64,000 nt of DNA from Acutalibacteraceae bacterium. Its GTDB lineage: Bacteria; Bacillota; Clostridia; Oscillospirales; Acutalibacteraceae. Below, piece after piece: positions 63,388 to 64,000 of the stretch (position 1 is its first letter; every line of letters starts with the position of its first letter). Made by a program: the position numbers and the translations under genes. A model generated the notes under the pieces. The model saw nothing but the letters and a program-made list of their open reading frames with translations, was not told the DNA's origin and did not search any database. The stretch spans positions 98,923-162,922 of the forward strand of contig JAZPXQ010000011.1 of NCBI GenBank assembly GCA_045543695.1, given 5' to 3'.

Positions 63388-64000
63388 CTACACCGAAATA
63401 AAAGGTATATTGTTTTCTATTGCATATTTTTCTGCAAAACTGCCTGCCACACCATAAATAGTTAGTGCTTTACAAGACGAAAACACATCTTCACCTATAC
63501 TTGTAACAGTATACGGAATTGTAATTGCTGCTATTCTCCTGCCTTTACGAAACGCATTTTCATCAATTACAATTACACCCTCAGGAACTACTACTTTTTT
63601 CCACATACCGTGATAGCTGTAAAGAACTCCGTTAACAATAACAAGCCCATCTCCATTCGCAAGACCTTCACACCTGTAGAAAGCGCCTTTGTCCACTTTT
63701 TTTACACTACAGGGAATATGTATACTTTTTATGTTTTTTCTTGTTTCTTTTACAACCTTTTTCAATCTGGGAACTTCAGGGCTAAACGCCAATTTCCCAA
63801 TTGCTGCAACCTTATAGCTCCCAAAATTTTCAGGTATAATCACATTTGTTTCAGTGCCCTTATAGCCTACTATAGTTGCTTCGTTATTCTCCACATCAAA
63901 TTTATAAATTTTTCTCCATTCTTCTACAGAACGTTCTTTCAAGCCAAGTTCTTTTTCCAGCTTGTTATTTTCGTGTGCTTCTTGTTCGGCTTCTGTATAG
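63388..64000 (-). CDS. BspA-type leucine-rich-repeat protein, N-terminus outside window
   Basis: The frame stays open upstream of TTG 63942 to the window edge (...YTEAEQEAHENNKLEKELGLKERS...). LRR_5 units are present (IGKLAFS, VDKGAFYRCEGL, IGEDVFSSCKAL). Confidence 0.7.
   Translation of the reverse strand, partial: YTEAEQEAHENNKLEKELGLKERSVEEWRKIYKFDVENNEATIVGYKGTETNVIIPENFGSYKVAAIGKLAFSPEVPRLKKVVKETRKNIKSIHIPCSVKKVDKGAFYRCEGLANGDGLVIVNGVLYSYHGMWKKVVVPEGVIVIDENAFRKGRRIAAITIPYTVTSIGEDVFSSCKALTIYGVAGSFAEKYAIENNIPFISV

Noticed and set aside
1-64000. Searched by eye for tRNA/rRNA genes, CRISPR arrays, transposases, integrases, phage genes and restriction-modification or other known defence genes
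   Set aside because: None recognised. The accessory segments carry envelope and carbohydrate genes only, so I make no mobile-element or defence-island claim.

Overview
This looks like a low-GC Firmicutes chromosomal segment, Clostridia-like and from an endospore former (spoIIR, yabP/yabQ/divIC, a pdaA-like deacetylase, and prp with pro-L27). I call about 60 CDS. I recognised no rRNA, tRNA, CRISPR array, transposase or integrase. From about 8.2 kb onward almost every gene is on the minus strand. Positions 0-13.3 kb hold glycan-utilisation genes: an alpha-galactosidase tail, a MATE pump, a GH29 fucosidase with a FucI-like isomerase and an unknown 12-TM protein, and a GH4 / BadF-kinase / Gfo-Idh-MocA operon. 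Positions 13.4-54.6 kb are mostly conserved housekeeping operons: rplU-prp-rpmA, ispE, trmL, rnc-smc-ftsY, trmFO-topA-dprA, infC-rpmI-rplT with an L20-type leader, rsmD-coaD, uvrC, ptsH, and ylxM-ffh-rpsP-khpA-rimM-trmD. Two accessory inserts sit among them: a fused MacB/FtsX-type ABC transporter with an 879-aa internally duplicated envelope protein (23.8-29.2 kb), and a Zn-ribbon / degenerate-kinase / PASTA protein with an XRE regulator (43.8-45.9 kb). Positions 54.6-64 kb encode envelope and surface proteins (a BspA-type LRR protein with Cys-rich repeats, a Gly-rich PG-binding protein, mntP, a ChbG-like deacetylase) and a MoxR/AAA_5-type ATPase with no visible partner. The most interesting signal that no gene explains is a ~120-nt two-hairpin element. 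It occurs twice in inverted orientation (23579-23697 and 50176-50297), and its stems show compensatory changes between the copies. One copy sits in the uvrC leader; the other is an orphan in a convergent spacer. All functional calls rest on motif recognition by eye. No database search was run.
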